Position numbers and translations under genes: made by a program
In this document: positions 4,590-4,660 of the stretch, one piece after another
Layout: each line of letters starts with the position of its first letter
How positions within the stretch are numbered: the first letter of the stretch is position 1
Notes under the pieces: model-generated
Told to the model about the DNA's origin: nothing
The model's database searches: none
The model's input: only the letters and a program-made list of their open reading frames with translations
Source: a virus
Taxonomy: Duplodnaviria > Heunggongvirae > Uroviricota > Caudoviricetes
Reading direction: 5' to 3' (one strand)
Length of the DNA stretch: 4,660 nucleotides
Virus record (IMG/VR): IMGVR_UViG_2695420699_000005

Positions 4590-4660
4590 ATGTCGATTAA
4601 ACATTATGATGTTGTCAGGGCGGCGTCGCCGTCAGACCTTGCGGAAAAGCTGACACACAA
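4590..4660 (+). CDS. Hypothetical protein, 5' end only (runs off the window)
   Basis: ATG at 4590 preceded by a GGGAG Shine-Dalgarno (4578-4582). Open frame MSIKHYDVVRAASPSDLAEKLTH to the window end. Not hydrophobic, so unlikely to be a holin. Family not recognised. Confidence 0.45.
   Translation, partial: MSIKHYDVVRAASPSDLAEKLTH

Noticed and set aside
1-4660. CRISPR arrays, IS elements or integrase/att sites
   Set aside because: No regularly spaced direct repeats, no terminal inverted repeats flanking a transposase-like ORF, and no integrase-like ORF were seen. The tRNA genes sit inside a late operon rather than at a prophage boundary.
3547-4660. Shiga-toxin (stxA/stxB) or other toxin genes downstream of the tRNA cluster
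   Set aside because: No ORF of suitable size or composition is present (no signal-peptide-bearing A subunit of about 315 aa or B subunit of about 89 aa). The region is occupied by the TerB-like frame and the small membrane ORF.

Overview
This window reads as the early-late junction of a lambdoid (enterobacterial) prophage, with every supported gene on the + strand. In order: the 3' part of a DUF968-type zinc-ribbon (HNH-like) protein, a RusA Holliday-junction resolvase, a Q-like late antiterminator, a structured leader with terminator-like hairpins, a small winged-helix protein, an orphan beta-class DPPY DNA methyltransferase, a tRNA cluster (tRNA-Ile2-like CAU, a degenerate tRNA-like element, tRNA-Arg UCU), a TerB-like gene broken by a frameshift plus an in-frame amber codon, a translationally coupled small two-TM protein, and the start of another gene. 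This is the Q-to-lysis cargo slot where Shiga-toxin phages carry stx; no toxin-like ORF is present here. The most notable features are the methyltransferase with its upstream winged-helix gene and structured leader, the decayed TerB-like gene with its membrane partner, the non-canonical tRNA-like element, and a strong local excess of Chi octamers, two of them arranged as palindromes. All protein-family calls are from memory and by-eye motif reading; no database search or RNA folding was run.
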